Shown: positions 43,584 through 52,958 of the stretch, piece by piece
Layout: every line of letters begins with the position of its first letter
How positions within the stretch are numbered: the stretch's first letter is position 1
DNA from: an uncultured Candidatus Rokubacteria bacterium
GTDB taxonomy: Bacteria > Methylomirabilota > Methylomirabilia > Rokubacteriales > CSP1-6
Assembly: GCA_963771355.1 (NCBI GenBank)
Contig: CAVYTA010000008.1
Span: forward strand, 75,700-139,699
Direction: 5' to 3'
DNA: 64,000 nucleotides
Notes under the pieces: model-generated
The model's database searches: none
Told to the model about the DNA's origin: nothing
What the model saw: only the letters and a program-made list of their open reading frames with translations
Position numbers and translations under genes: made by a program

Positions 43584-44436
43584 ATGAAGAGATGCGTTGC
43601 GGTGTGGCTGGCCGGTGTCCTGCTTCTCGGCGCGGCCGCGCCGGTCCTGGCCGAGACGGTTCTGGAGAAGATCCGACGGACCGGGGTCCTCACCGCGGGG
43701 ACGCGCGGCATTTCCATCCCGTTCGCGTTCATCAACGAGAAGAACGAGTGGATCGGCTTCTCCGTCGATCTCCTGGAGGCCATACGGGCCGGCTGGAGAA
43801 GAAGCTCGGCAAGCCCATCAAGCTCGAAAAGAAGGAGATCGACCTGGTGACCCGGTTCAGCTGGTGGCCAACCGCGCGTGGACGTGGTGTGCGCGGCCGA
43901 CACCAACACCCGGGGCCGGGACGAGACGGTAGACTTCTCGCTCAACTTCTTTTTTACCGGCGCCCAGCTCCTGGCGAAGAAGGGGAGCGGGATCAAAGGC
44001 TTGGCAGACGTGGTCGGTAAGCGCGTGGGCGCCGCCAAGGGGTCCACCGGCGAGAAAGCCCTGCGCGCCTCCCAGTCCAAGGCTGAACTGGTGACCTTCC
44101 CGGACCACGACGGAGGGTTTCCAGGCGTTGGAGCAAGGGAGGATCGTCGCCTACGCCAACGACGGCATTCTTTTGGTCGGCCTCGCTGCCAAGGCCAGAA
44201 ACCCAACGGACTACGAAGTGGTGGGGCGCTTCTTCTCGAAGGACCCGTACTCCTGCATGGTTCCGGAGAACGACTCCAAGTGGCGCGACTTCGTGAACCA
44301 CACCTTCATGGAGCTGATCGACAACGGGAAATACTTCGAACTGTACGAGAAGTGGTTCGGGGAGCGCGGGGTAGTTCCCTATCCGATGTCGGATCAGGTT
44401 CGCAATTACATGATCATGCAGTTCATGCTAGAGTGA
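43584..44436 (+). pseudogene. paralogous polar amino-acid ABC substrate-binding protein, copy 2, disrupted by at least 4 single-base indels
   Basis: Same family and same N- and C-terminal sequences as copy 1 (about 85% aa identity), but coding is spread over three frames. Shifts at about 43787, 43858, 43876 and 44118, all in short homopolymers. Confidence 0.6.
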
Positions 44437-44473
44437 GCTGGAAGCGCTGACTGGAAGCGCCACGGAGGCGACC

Positions 44474-45295
44474 ATGGACGACTACCTCGAGGCGAACCGG
44501 CGGCTATGGGATGCGTGGACGCCCCTCAACGTCGCCTCCGAGTTCTACGACGTCGAGGGCTTCAAGGCGGGTCGCGTGGACCGGCCGTCGATGCTCCACC
44601 AGCTCGAGGCGAATCTGGTCGGCGACGTCACGGGCCGGACGCTCCTCCACCTGCAATGCCACTTCGGCATGGACACCATCCGCTGGGCCCGGCGGGGGGC
44701 GCGGGCGACCGGCATCGACTTCTCCTCCGCGGCCATCGAGGCCGCGCGCCGGCTCGCCGCGGAGATGGGGGTGCCGGCGACCTTCGTCGAGAGCGACGTC
44801 TACGCGCTCCCCGACCGCCTCGACCACCGCTTCGACGTGGTCTTCACCTCGCATGGGGTCCTCTGCTGGCTGCCCGACCTCGTCCGCTGGGCGGAGGTCA
44901 TCGCCCACTTCCTCGCGCCGGGCGGCGTCTTCTGCATCGTCGAGGCCCATCCCGTCGGGATGATCTTCGATGAGACGCGCGCGGACGGCGAGCTGCGCGT
45001 GCGGTTCCCGTACTTCCAGGGGCCCGAGCCCATCCGCGATGAGCACCCCGGCTCCTATGCCGCGCCGGACGCGCCGCTGCAGAGCGTGGAGCACGTGTGG
45101 ATTCACCCCATCGGGGAGGTCGTCGGCTCGCTCCTGCGCGCGGGGCTCCGCCTCGAGTCCTTCGCGGAGTACCCCTTCATGGGGTGGCGCTTCCTGCCCT
45201 GGATGGAGCAGCGTCCCGACGGTGCCTGGCAGCTCCCCGGCGCCGCCGCCACCCTGCCGCTGATGTTCTCGCTCACCGCGCGCAAGCCCGCCTGA
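44474..45295 (+). CDS. class I SAM-dependent methyltransferase
   Basis: Rossmann MTase motifs (LLHLQCHFGMDTI..., VFTSHGVLCWLPD). Confidence 0.7.
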   Translation: MDDYLEANRRLWDAWTPLNVASEFYDVEGFKAGRVDRPSMLHQLEANLVGDVTGRTLLHLQCHFGMDTIRWARRGARATGIDFSSAAIEAARRLAAEMGVPATFVESDVYALPDRLDHRFDVVFTSHGVLCWLPDLVRWAEVIAHFLAPGGVFCIVEAHPVGMIFDETRADGELRVRFPYFQGPEPIRDEHPGSYAAPDAPLQSVEHVWIHPIGEVVGSLLRAGLRLESFAEYPFMGWRFLPWMEQRPDGAWQLPGAAATLPLMFSLTARKPA

Positions 45296-45582
45296 CCCTT
45301 CAGGAGTCCTTCTCTCGCCTCCTTCCTCCAGCGCGAGAGCATGAAGGGGTGGATGTCCATCGTTTCCTCGGCCCGATCGCTCTGCCCATCCGACACCTCC
45401 CAGCGTTAGCCAGAAGTGTCTACTTTATCGAGGGAGATTCAACGGTCGGCTGCATGCGTTGTTAGGCGGCATCCTGCGTTGCCGCTCCTCTAGTAGACGC
45501 TAACGTGATTGTGGTTTTTGCCGGCCTACGCCCGGCCACTCCCAATCAACATTTCGGCGCTCATCACAAGTCGTCCCTCGGA

Positions 45583-46348
45583 CTAGAATTGCGTAAGGCG
45601 TGCGCGCACCTCTTCTCGAACTGCGCGTCGGCTGGGCTCAGGTAACGCGAGATAGGCCTGTGACATTTGCCCGGCCCCTGCCTCGATCGGCGCCCAGTAC
45701 TCGTAGAACGACTCAACAATTCCTTGGTGCGTCTCGCGCGTCACGCGAACATCGCGAAAACCTGCCTCGCAGATAAGGCGTTCGAGCTGAGGTACGTTTC
45801 CGAAAGAAAAAGACAGGTGGAGTGCATTCCTCTGGTCGGGATAGATAGCCACTGAGCGTTTCGGCAAGAACGCCCCACATCGGCGCGCGATCGGGTGACG
45901 AGATGACGCATACGGCAGCTCGGCAGCCGGGCCGCAAAACACGTCGAAATTCTGCGAGGCCACGCGCGGGATCAGGGAAGAACATGAGGCCGAGCTGACA
46001 AATCACCGCGTCGAAAGTGGCGTCTGGGAACACAAGGCCCTGCCCGTCTGAAACGACCGCAAGAAACCGTGCGTCGGACAACCGCGCGCATGCCTCGTCG
46101 AGCATCGCGGGGGAAATGTCCGAACCGACCACAAGCCCCGAGTCTCCGACGTGCCCCAGTGCCAATTGCGCTGCCTCGCCCGTCCCCGTGGCAACGTCGA
46201 GTACTCGATTCCCATCCCTGATCTCAGCGGCGGCCAACAACGCTGGAACGAACAGTCGCGACCAGCGTCCGATGTATTGCGCATATGCCGATCCATCGAC
46301 GCGCCGTCCACGCGGTGCGTGCATCCCTGGTCCCCACGTAACGCTCAT
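45583..46348 (-). pseudogene. class I SAM-dependent methyltransferase (UbiE/COQ5-like), 1-nt frameshift near 45845-45850
   Basis: N-terminal ORF has motif I VLDVATGTGEAA and post-I DISPAML. The C-terminal ORF continues the MTase fold (LHLSFSFGNVPQLERL) in another frame. Confidence 0.55.
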
Positions 46349-46375
46349 CTGCGCTCCCTTAAGGGGTACGCGGAA

Positions 46376-47219
46376 TCACACAACCTTATAGCGCTTCGCG
46401 AGTTGCGAGCCTGCCTCGGCTCCGACCAGTTGCTCAAGCTCCCTTGCGGCTGGCATTGCGTTGCCGAAGGTCACCGTAGCGCCGGTCTCGTGGAGTTCGC
46501 GCACAAAGTCCTTCATCGCTTGGTACGTCACGACGACGCTCTGAATAGGATAGATCGCAAGTTTGATCCCAGACGCGAGGACTGCTTCCTTCGAGGCATC
46601 GAGCACGAAACTGGCCATGGGCTTGCCTACTGTCGTTGCGAAGGAAGGCGTTTCAGCGAGGGGCAGGCCGGTAACAATCAGCATGTCAGCTCCAGCCTCG
46701 GCATACGCTTGGCACCGTTCGGTTGCCTCCTCCAACGAGCGTCCGATATAGAGTGCCTCACAACGCGCGATGAGGAGGGTGTCCGGGTCACGCAGAGCCT
46801 CAAGAGCGGCGCGAATCTTCTCCGTGGCAACGGGTAGTGGATGCAGCGTGCCGCCAGGTCCATAGAGCTTTCCTGGTGCGTGATCCTCAATGTGCATACC
46901 CGCAACGCCCGCAGCTTCGAACCGTCTCACGTGGTGATAAGCGTTCACGGCGTTGCCCGCACCTTCCTCCAGATCGGCGATCACCGGAACGTCTGTTGCT
47001 TCAACCATGAGGCGCGCTTGTTCGAGCAATTCGCTCATGGTTAGGAGAGACTGGTGCGGAAGTCCCCAGCGACTTCGCGGCGCAACCGTAGCTACCGACG
47101 TAGACGGCCCGAAAGCCTTGCCGTGCAACCAGTTTCGTTGTCAGGAGGTCGTGCGCCCCTGGGACGATTACTGGAGCGGTGTCTCGTATGAGTTCCCGTA
47201 GCCGGCTCGCGCCTTTCAT
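46376..47219 (-). pseudogene. isocitrate lyase/PEP mutase superfamily enzyme (methylisocitrate lyase or carboxyvinyl-carboxyphosphonate phosphorylmutase-like), 1-nt frameshift at GGGG near 47064-47067
   Basis: N-terminal 72-aa ORF (LRELIRDTAPVIVPGAHDLLTTKLVARQGFRAVYVGSYG) and 250-aa ORF (TMSELLEQARLMVEATDVPVIADLEEGAGNAVNA...GMHIEDH) are contiguous family motifs in different frames. Removing one G restores KSLGLPHQSLLT. Confidence 0.6.
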
Positions 47220-47334
47220 GAGTCCTACCTTTCAAAGACTGGTTCTGAAAAGTTCGCGTAGTTCAGTCGTCCAACGTGCCGTATCAGCCGCGGCGCGCAA
47301 CGCCGTCGGCTGCATGCGGAGGTTAGAGGGCTGA

Positions 47335-47632
47335 TCAGAGGCGCGACCGCCAATAGCCGGGGCGACGACGACCGTGGGCCACGGCCACGATCTCGATGTC
47401 CTCACCGCGAAGGAGGTACACCAGGCTGAAGGGTATCGTGGAAATACGTATCGGCGTGCGCGGCTGCCGTACGTGGCCATGTTCGGGGGCTCGCCTCGAT
47501 CGCGGCAATGGCCCGCGCCAGTTCCTCTCGAAACGCGTGCCCGGCTTCGAAACTTCTCGCAGCATACCAGTCATACGTGGATTCCGCCTCCTGCGCTGCA
47601 GCAGGATGGAACCGGACCGCCGCTGAGGCCAT
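47335..47632 (-). pseudogene. ParE/RelE-family type II toxin, frameshifted
   Basis: N-terminal ORF (VRFHPAAAQEAESTYDWYAARSFEAGHAFREEL) and an overlapping ORF in another frame carrying the conserved C-terminus (FPFSLVYLLRGEDIEIVAVAHGRRRPGYW). Confidence 0.5.
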
Positions 47633-47857
47633 TCAGCGCTGGTACAACCGCGCTCTCAGCTCTTCCCAGGGAACCGCCTGGAGCTGGCCAGAATACAGCT
47701 CAGAGATTAGACGCTCTATCTCGGCCTGACAGGCTTCCTCGGCACCTTCCTCAGACTCAGCGTCTAAGCTGTCGACTAGAAGAAGAATGAGTGCGGCTCG
47801 CTCCTTCGGATCTAGCTGCATCGCTTCCTCAAATAGCTCCCGCGCCGATCTCGCCAT
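47633..47857 (-). CDS. putative addiction-module antitoxin component, 74 aa
   Basis: MARSARELFEEAMQLDPKERAALILLLVDSLD... has family-typical N-terminus and size. Sits immediately upstream of the ParE-like ORF. Confidence 0.5.
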   Translation of the reverse strand: MARSARELFEEAMQLDPKERAALILLLVDSLDAESEEGAEEACQAEIERLISELYSGQLQAVPWEELRARLYQR

Positions 47858-47979
47858 GCGTCGATCCTACCATCCCATTACTACGTACGTTTGCCCCTGT
47901 AACGCCACGCTCAGCGGCCGGGGCGAGCAACGTGAGCCTCCGGTACGTTGGAGCGTGATGTAGGGCAGAGTGTCATTGC

Positions 47980-48420
47980 TCAGTAGATATGGCAGTGAGA
48001 CTCACTGGTGGGCGGTTTTTCACCTTCACGAGTGAGAAGACCGCTGACTGAGAAAGCATGGCCTGCATAGGCGCCTTCGCCGAAAGCGCTCTCGCAGCTG
48101 GTACACCACACTCTGGCTGACTGGTGAGAGTGTGTCGTCTCCAGACAGAGGCTGGGCGACTCTCGAATCGTAATAGCGCTCTCGAAATGTGACGCGCGCA
48201 TAGGAGTAGATGACGTCAAAGAGGTTAGGAGCATAGCAGATATAGCGCACAGGCAGGGCGGCGGCGTAGCGGATGAACAAGACGCTGATTCAGCTCTGCG
48301 ACGAGTCTGGATCTGACGGGAAGGAGGACGTCGCGGGAGAAGCGCAGGATAGTGTAGTAAGCAAGCTCATAGACGCGCGCGACCAGGTACGTAAAGACAC
48401 TCTCTCTCCTCTCGCATGAA
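47980..48420 (-). pseudogene. decayed tandem duplicate (copy A) of the hypothetical gene at 48696-49236
   Basis: Peptide motifs YYDSRVAQPLSGDDTLSPVSQSVV and AFGEGAYAGHAFS recur here in two different frames. DNA similarity to 48780-49160 (ctgattcagctc..., ctcatagac..cgcgcgaccaggta). Confidence 0.35.
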
Positions 48421-48695
48421 TAGAGGCGCTAGAATGCGTAGCAGGACAATCTCGCAAGTAAAAGCGACAGTTGGGAGGATCGTCATGCGTTCACTTTTCT
48501 CTCTCTGAGGAAGATGGGGGACACGGTCACTCTATGATGTGGTCAGCGCGTCGCAGCACCGACGGCAGAATGGTGACGCCGAGCGCTTGTCGGTTTTGAG
48601 ATTGACCCCGCGCTCATCGGTCGGCCCGAACGCTCAGGATAACTTGCGGCGCGAAGCGCCGTCAGGTTCATCCTGCTGTTAGCCAGCGCTCCCGA

Positions 48696-49236
48696 TCAAG
48701 AGAACGCAGAACTCTGGAAGTAGGTCAGTCGATCTGCCCACGGCCTTCGCCCCGAAGCGGGCCATCGACCGTCGCGAATCAGCTGAGCGCCCATCGAAAA
48801 GGCATGGCCAGCGTACGCACCTTCTCCGAACCCGTTCTCGAAGTGATCCACCACGGTCTGGCCTGTGGGGGTGAGTGCCTCGTCCCCCGTCAACGACTGC
48901 ACGGTCCTGGAGTCATAGTAGTGGCCCGCGGAAGACCGGATGGCCATCGGCGTTGTTGATCTCGATGAGCCCTTGCACATAGCCGCTCATTCGCGCGGGC
49001 CGCCCGCTCGCATCACGGATGACAATCCTCTGATTCAGCTCCCCGCGGAGTCGGGCCTTGATCGGTAGTTGAGCGCCGCCCGTGAAGCGTAACGTCGCCT
49101 CGTAGGCGATCTCATAGCCACGCGCGACCAAGTAGGTAACTCCTTGCTTATCCTCACGGACGAACTCGGGTGCGCGGATACGGCGTAGCTCAACCTCGCA
49201 GGTGAATGGGCCAGTGGGCAAGGGTTCTGATGCCAT
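48696..49236 (-). CDS. hypothetical protein (~180 aa), probably with a frameshift near 48913-48980 joining ORFs 48913-49236 and 48696-48980
   Basis: Two overlapping ORFs with coding character. Copy B of a tandem duplication. No recognisable domain. Confidence 0.35.
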
Positions 49237-49339
49237 TGCGCGCGCCCCCTCTCGGATCGATGTTGTGAGGCCTCATCGACTGTGATCGCCACGGTGAGCC
49301 CGCTGTCACTGGTCCTGCTGCCCTTGTCTGGCTAACTAG

Positions 49340-49555
49340 AATTATCTTGGTCTGTGTAGCGTGGGGGACCAAGCGAGGGGGGCTGTGTAGCATCGTTGGG
49401 GTGGCTCCTTGTCCTTCAAGGATATCTCAGGTGGTGCGTAGTTGGTTGGAGTCTGGGGGGTGTGGCGGGACGAGATAGCTGGACCTGTGTAGCGGGGTGG
49501 AGGCTGCGGGCGTGGGGGAGGGGTCGGAACGCATCCGGCACCGTGTAGCCTTGCC
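49340..49555. repeat. four spaced copies of the motif yTGTGTAGC followed by G-rich tracts, in a lower-GC intergenic region
   Basis: tctgtgtagcgtggggg (49342-49358), gctgtgtagcatcgttgggg (49385-49404), cctgtgtagcggggtggagg (49484-49503), ccgtgtagccttgcc (49541-49555). Confidence 0.35.
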
Positions 49556-49659
49556 GGCTAGGCCCCGGACTTCAAACCCCGTGATGGGCGACGCTATGCC
49601 CAAGAACCGCGGCCTACTGAATTAAATACGCGTTCGCTCCGCCACGGCGGGCGGCCCGC

Positions 49660-50310
49660 TCACACCATCAAGAGGCCTCGGCGCATCCCGATGGCCACCG
49701 CCTCGGTGCGGCTCCGCGCGCTCAGCTTGTCGAGGATCACCGCGATGTGGAACTTCACGGTGTGGGTCGAGATGCCGAGGCTCTTGCCGATGGCACGGTT
49801 GCCTAGCCCCTCGGCCATCATGCCCAGGATCTCGAGCTCGCGAGGGGTGAGCGGGTCGGTCCGGGACTCCGCCGGGGTGCGGCGAACCACCGTGTCGACG
49901 GAGACGGGGGGCGCCGACGGGTGCAGGACGACGAGACCCGCCGCCAGCGCTTCGATGCCGGCGGCGATCTCGTGAGCGGAGGCGTCCCGGGGCAGGATCG
50001 CGCGCACGCCGGCACGCAGCAGCCGGGCGAAGGCCGCCGGCGCGACGCCGCCGCCCAGCAGCATGATGGGAGGCCGGCGGGCGGTCCCCGACAGCGCGCG
50101 CAGGAAGGCCTCGACGGGCCGCGTCCCCGGGTCGATCAACAACACGTCCGCGGAGACCGCCGACCCTGCCGGGTCGCCCGTCTGGTCGGCCGCCGGGGAC
50201 GGCGGCGCGGCCAGCCGCCATCCCGATCGGGCAGCGACCAGCGCTTCCAGCCGCGCCTGCGTTGTCGGGCTCGATGCGAGCACCGCGACGGCGATCACCG
50301 TGGGGCGCAC
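49660..50310 (-). CDS. LuxR/FixJ-family transcriptional regulator (degenerate receiver-like N-domain + C-terminal LuxR HTH)
   Basis: C-terminal HTH LTPRELEILGMMAEGLGNRAIGKSLGISTHTVKFHIAVILDKL. Probable GTG start at 50310; the listed ORF start at 50460 overlaps the protease gene. Confidence 0.65.
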   Translation of the reverse strand: MRPTVIAVAVLASSPTTQARLEALVAARSGWRLAAPPSPAADQTGDPAGSAVSADVLLIDPGTRPVEAFLRALSGTARRPPIMLLGGGVAPAAFARLLRAGVRAILPRDASAHEIAAGIEALAAGLVVLHPSAPPVSVDTVVRRTPAESRTDPLTPRELEILGMMAEGLGNRAIGKSLGISTHTVKFHIAVILDKLSARSRTEAVAIGMRRGLLMV

Positions 50311-50894
50311 CGCATCGCGAAGGTCTCGACCACTCGGCTCGGCACGGCCAGGGCCAGCCTGCCCGCGATCATCGCGTTGACGCCGACCACCCGTCCGCCG
50401 GCATCGGCCATGGGCCCGCCGGAGTTGCCGGGGGCGAGGCGGAGATCGGCCTGAATCCACCGGGGCCCCGCGTGGTGGCCCGGTGCCGGCGCCGCGTGCA
50501 CGATCCCCGTGACCACGGCCCCGACCAGTCCGAACGGATGGCCGACCGCCAGGACCAGCTCGCCCGCGCGAAGACGATCCGAGTCGCCCACCCGCGCGGC
50601 CGGAAGATCCCGTGCCTCCACGCGGAGCAGAGCAAGATCCAGGTCTCGGTCCCAGGCGACGAGCGCAGCCGGCAAGCGACGCCCATCCGCCAGGACGACC
50701 TGCGCGCCGGACCGCGCCGACTCGGCCTGGGCCACGACATGAGCGCTCGTCACGATGAGCCCGTCGGAGCGCCAGATGACGCCCGACCCGCTGGTTCGCC
50801 CCCTGGATCGCAATTCCACCGTGTTCTCCCGCAGCCGACCGACGACATCGGCGAGGTCGCTCGTCAGCAGATGCGGCCGCTCCTCCACCTCCAT
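50295..50894 (-). CDS. trypsin-like (S1C) serine peptidase without PDZ domain, 199 aa
   Basis: Catalytic triad context TSAHVV / DLALL / GNSGGP. ATG directly follows the stop of the upstream HtrA-like gene. Confidence 0.7.
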   Translation of the reverse strand: MEVEERPHLLTSDLADVVGRLRENTVELRSRGRTSGSGVIWRSDGLIVTSAHVVAQAESARSGAQVVLADGRRLPAALVAWDRDLDLALLRVEARDLPAARVGDSDRLRAGELVLAVGHPFGLVGAVVTGIVHAAPAPGHHAGPRWIQADLRLAPGNSGGPMADAGGRVVGVNAMIAGRLALAVPSRVVETFAMRCAPR

Positions 50895-50895
50895 C

Positions 50896-51795
50896 CTATC
50901 GCCCCCGGGGCGGGCGCTCGGCAAGGGTGACCGCCACGTCGAGCGGTGCGCCGGCGCGGATCAGCGAGACCGTGACCGCGGTGCCCACTCTCCGTCCGGC
51001 GACGGCGGTCTGCACGTCATCGAGATCGTGCAGGGGCGTGCCTTCGAGGGCCACCAGCACGTCTCCGAGCATCAGGCCGGCGCGCGCGGCGGGGCCATCC
51101 GCCACCACGCCCACGACGATGAGGCCGCGGGCGTCCGCGCCTGGCGCCAGTGGTCTCAGCGCCTCCGGGAGAGCCACCGGCTGCAGTCCGACCCCCAGAT
51201 AGCCGCGGCTGACGCGTCCGGTCGCCAGCAGCTCGTCCACGACGCGGTTCACCGTCGAGGTCGGCACCGCGAGCTCGAGCTGTCGCGACAGGCCGGAGGT
51301 TACCAGCCCGGCCACCTTGCCGGACGCGTCCACGAGCGGTCCGCCCGAGAAGCCGGGATAGAGCACCAGGTCCACGCGAAGAAGGCGGTCCACCTCGCCC
51401 CCTCGCCCCGTGCGCCACGCGCCGCCGACGGCGCTCACCACGCCCCAGCTGGCGCGCGGTCCATATCCGACAGCGAGGACCAGATGGCCCACCTTGAGCT
51501 CGGCGCTGTCGCCGATCTCGGCAGCGGGCCGATCACTCTCGCCGATCCGGAGGACGGCGAGGTCGGTGCCCGGGTCGCGCCCCACGAGGGTCGCCGGCGC
51601 CGCCCGCCCGTCTGACCAGGCGACGCGGATCTCCTCGTCCACCCGGACGGTGTGCTCTGCCGTCACGACGATTCCCGGGCGCCAGAGCACCCCGGTCGAC
51701 GGCAGTCGCGGGCGCGCGTGCACGGTGACGACGGCTCGAGCGGCGCGCTCGACCGCCGCCGCGAGGTCATTCGAGAGCGAAAGCAGAGTCTGCAT
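50896..51795 (-). CDS. HtrA/DegP-family serine protease with one PDZ domain
   Basis: TAEHTV / DLAVL / GFSGGP triad, followed by PDZ-like region (GYLGVGLQPV...GLMLGDVLVALEG). ATG at 51795 with GGGAGG RBS. Confidence 0.75.
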   Translation of the reverse strand: MQTLLSLSNDLAAAVERAARAVVTVHARPRLPSTGVLWRPGIVVTAEHTVRVDEEIRVAWSDGRAAPATLVGRDPGTDLAVLRIGESDRPAAEIGDSAELKVGHLVLAVGYGPRASWGVVSAVGGAWRTGRGGEVDRLLRVDLVLYPGFSGGPLVDASGKVAGLVTSGLSRQLELAVPTSTVNRVVDELLATGRVSRGYLGVGLQPVALPEALRPLAPGADARGLIVVGVVADGPAARAGLMLGDVLVALEGTPLHDLDDVQTAVAGRRVGTAVTVSLIRAGAPLDVAVTLAERPPRGR

Positions 51796-51964
51796 TGGGA
51801 TCCTCCCTTCGGAAGCCGTCGGGGCTCCCGGTCTCGAGCCCACGATGCAACGGGCCCGACCCGCTGGGAATCGCCCGATTGGCTAGGGGGGTGCCGAGAG
51901 CGGTCTTGAACGAGGGCCTGTGCTAGCCTCCTGGCACCGAATTCCCGACAGGAGGTCAAGGCCC

Positions 51965-52762
51965 ATGGACTACGCGGACTACCAGCACCTCGTCTTCGAG
52001 CGCCGGCCCAACGGCGTGGTGCTCATCACCATCAACCGGCCGGAGGTGCTCAATGCGACCAATGACCGCCTGCACTGGGAGCTGACCCAGGTCTGGCTCA
52101 CCCTGGATGCCGACGCGACGGCACGCGTCGCGGTGGTGACGGGCGCCGGCCGCGCCTTCTCGGCGGGGGGCGACCTGGACATGGTGGACGCCAACAGCCG
52201 GGACCCGAAGCGCCTGGCCCGGACCCTGCGCGAGGCCTCGGACATCGTCTACAACATGATCAACCTCGACAAGCCCGTCATCTCCGCCATCAACGGGGTC
52301 GCGGTGGGGGCGGGCCTGGTGGTGGCTCTCCTTTCCGACATCAGCATCATGTCGGAGACCGCTCGGCTCACCGACGGCCACACGCGTCTCGGAGTCGTCG
52401 CCGGCGACCATGCCGCCATCATCTGGCCGCTCCTCTGCGGCATGGCCAAGGCCAAGTACTACCTCCTCACCTGCGACTTCATCGACGGCCGCGAGGCCGA
52501 GCGCATCGGGCTGGTCAGCCTGTGCGTCCCGCCCGCCGAGGTGCTCCCACGGGCCTTCGAGGTGGCCGACAAGCTCGGCACCGGCGCCCAGCAGGCCATC
52601 CGCTGGACCAAGCGGTCGCTCAACAACTGGCTGCGCATGGCGGGGCCCATCTTCGACCAGTCCATCGCGCTCGAGATGCTCACCTTCATGGACGAGGACG
52701 TGCGCGAGGGCATGGCGGCGATCCGAGACAAGCGCGCGCCTCGCTTCCCCTCCGCGCGCTGA
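51965..52762 (+). CDS. enoyl-CoA hydratase/isomerase family protein
   Basis: ATG at 51965 with GGAGG RBS. Crotonase motifs (VVTGAGRAFSAGGDL..., AINGVAVGAGLVVALLSDI). Confidence 0.8.
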   Translation: MDYADYQHLVFERRPNGVVLITINRPEVLNATNDRLHWELTQVWLTLDADATARVAVVTGAGRAFSAGGDLDMVDANSRDPKRLARTLREASDIVYNMINLDKPVISAINGVAVGAGLVVALLSDISIMSETARLTDGHTRLGVVAGDHAAIIWPLLCGMAKAKYYLLTCDFIDGREAERIGLVSLCVPPAEVLPRAFEVADKLGTGAQQAIRWTKRSLNNWLRMAGPIFDQSIALEMLTFMDEDVREGMAAIRDKRAPRFPSAR

Positions 52763-52958
52763 GACGCGGCGCGCGGGCGCCCGTCACGCCGGGGTCACGC
52801 CTGGATCTTGAGGGCGTTCCGCGAGCGTCATATGTTGGGTAGACGACAGACAGAGTGCCGAAGGTCGTATAGGCTACCAACACTTTTTACAGTCTGTTAT
52901 CAACTGCACGGGGGCACGCTCCGTCAGCTGACAAGAGGAGGACACCCTGTCCGACGGC

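Noticed and set aside
49556-49620. Possible tRNA 3'-fragment or T-arm-like sequence (…ccggacttcaaaccccg…) at the island edge.
   Set aside because: Does not fit a canonical T-stem/loop (GTTCRANYC) and no acceptor stem is visible. Cannot be supported without a tRNA scan.
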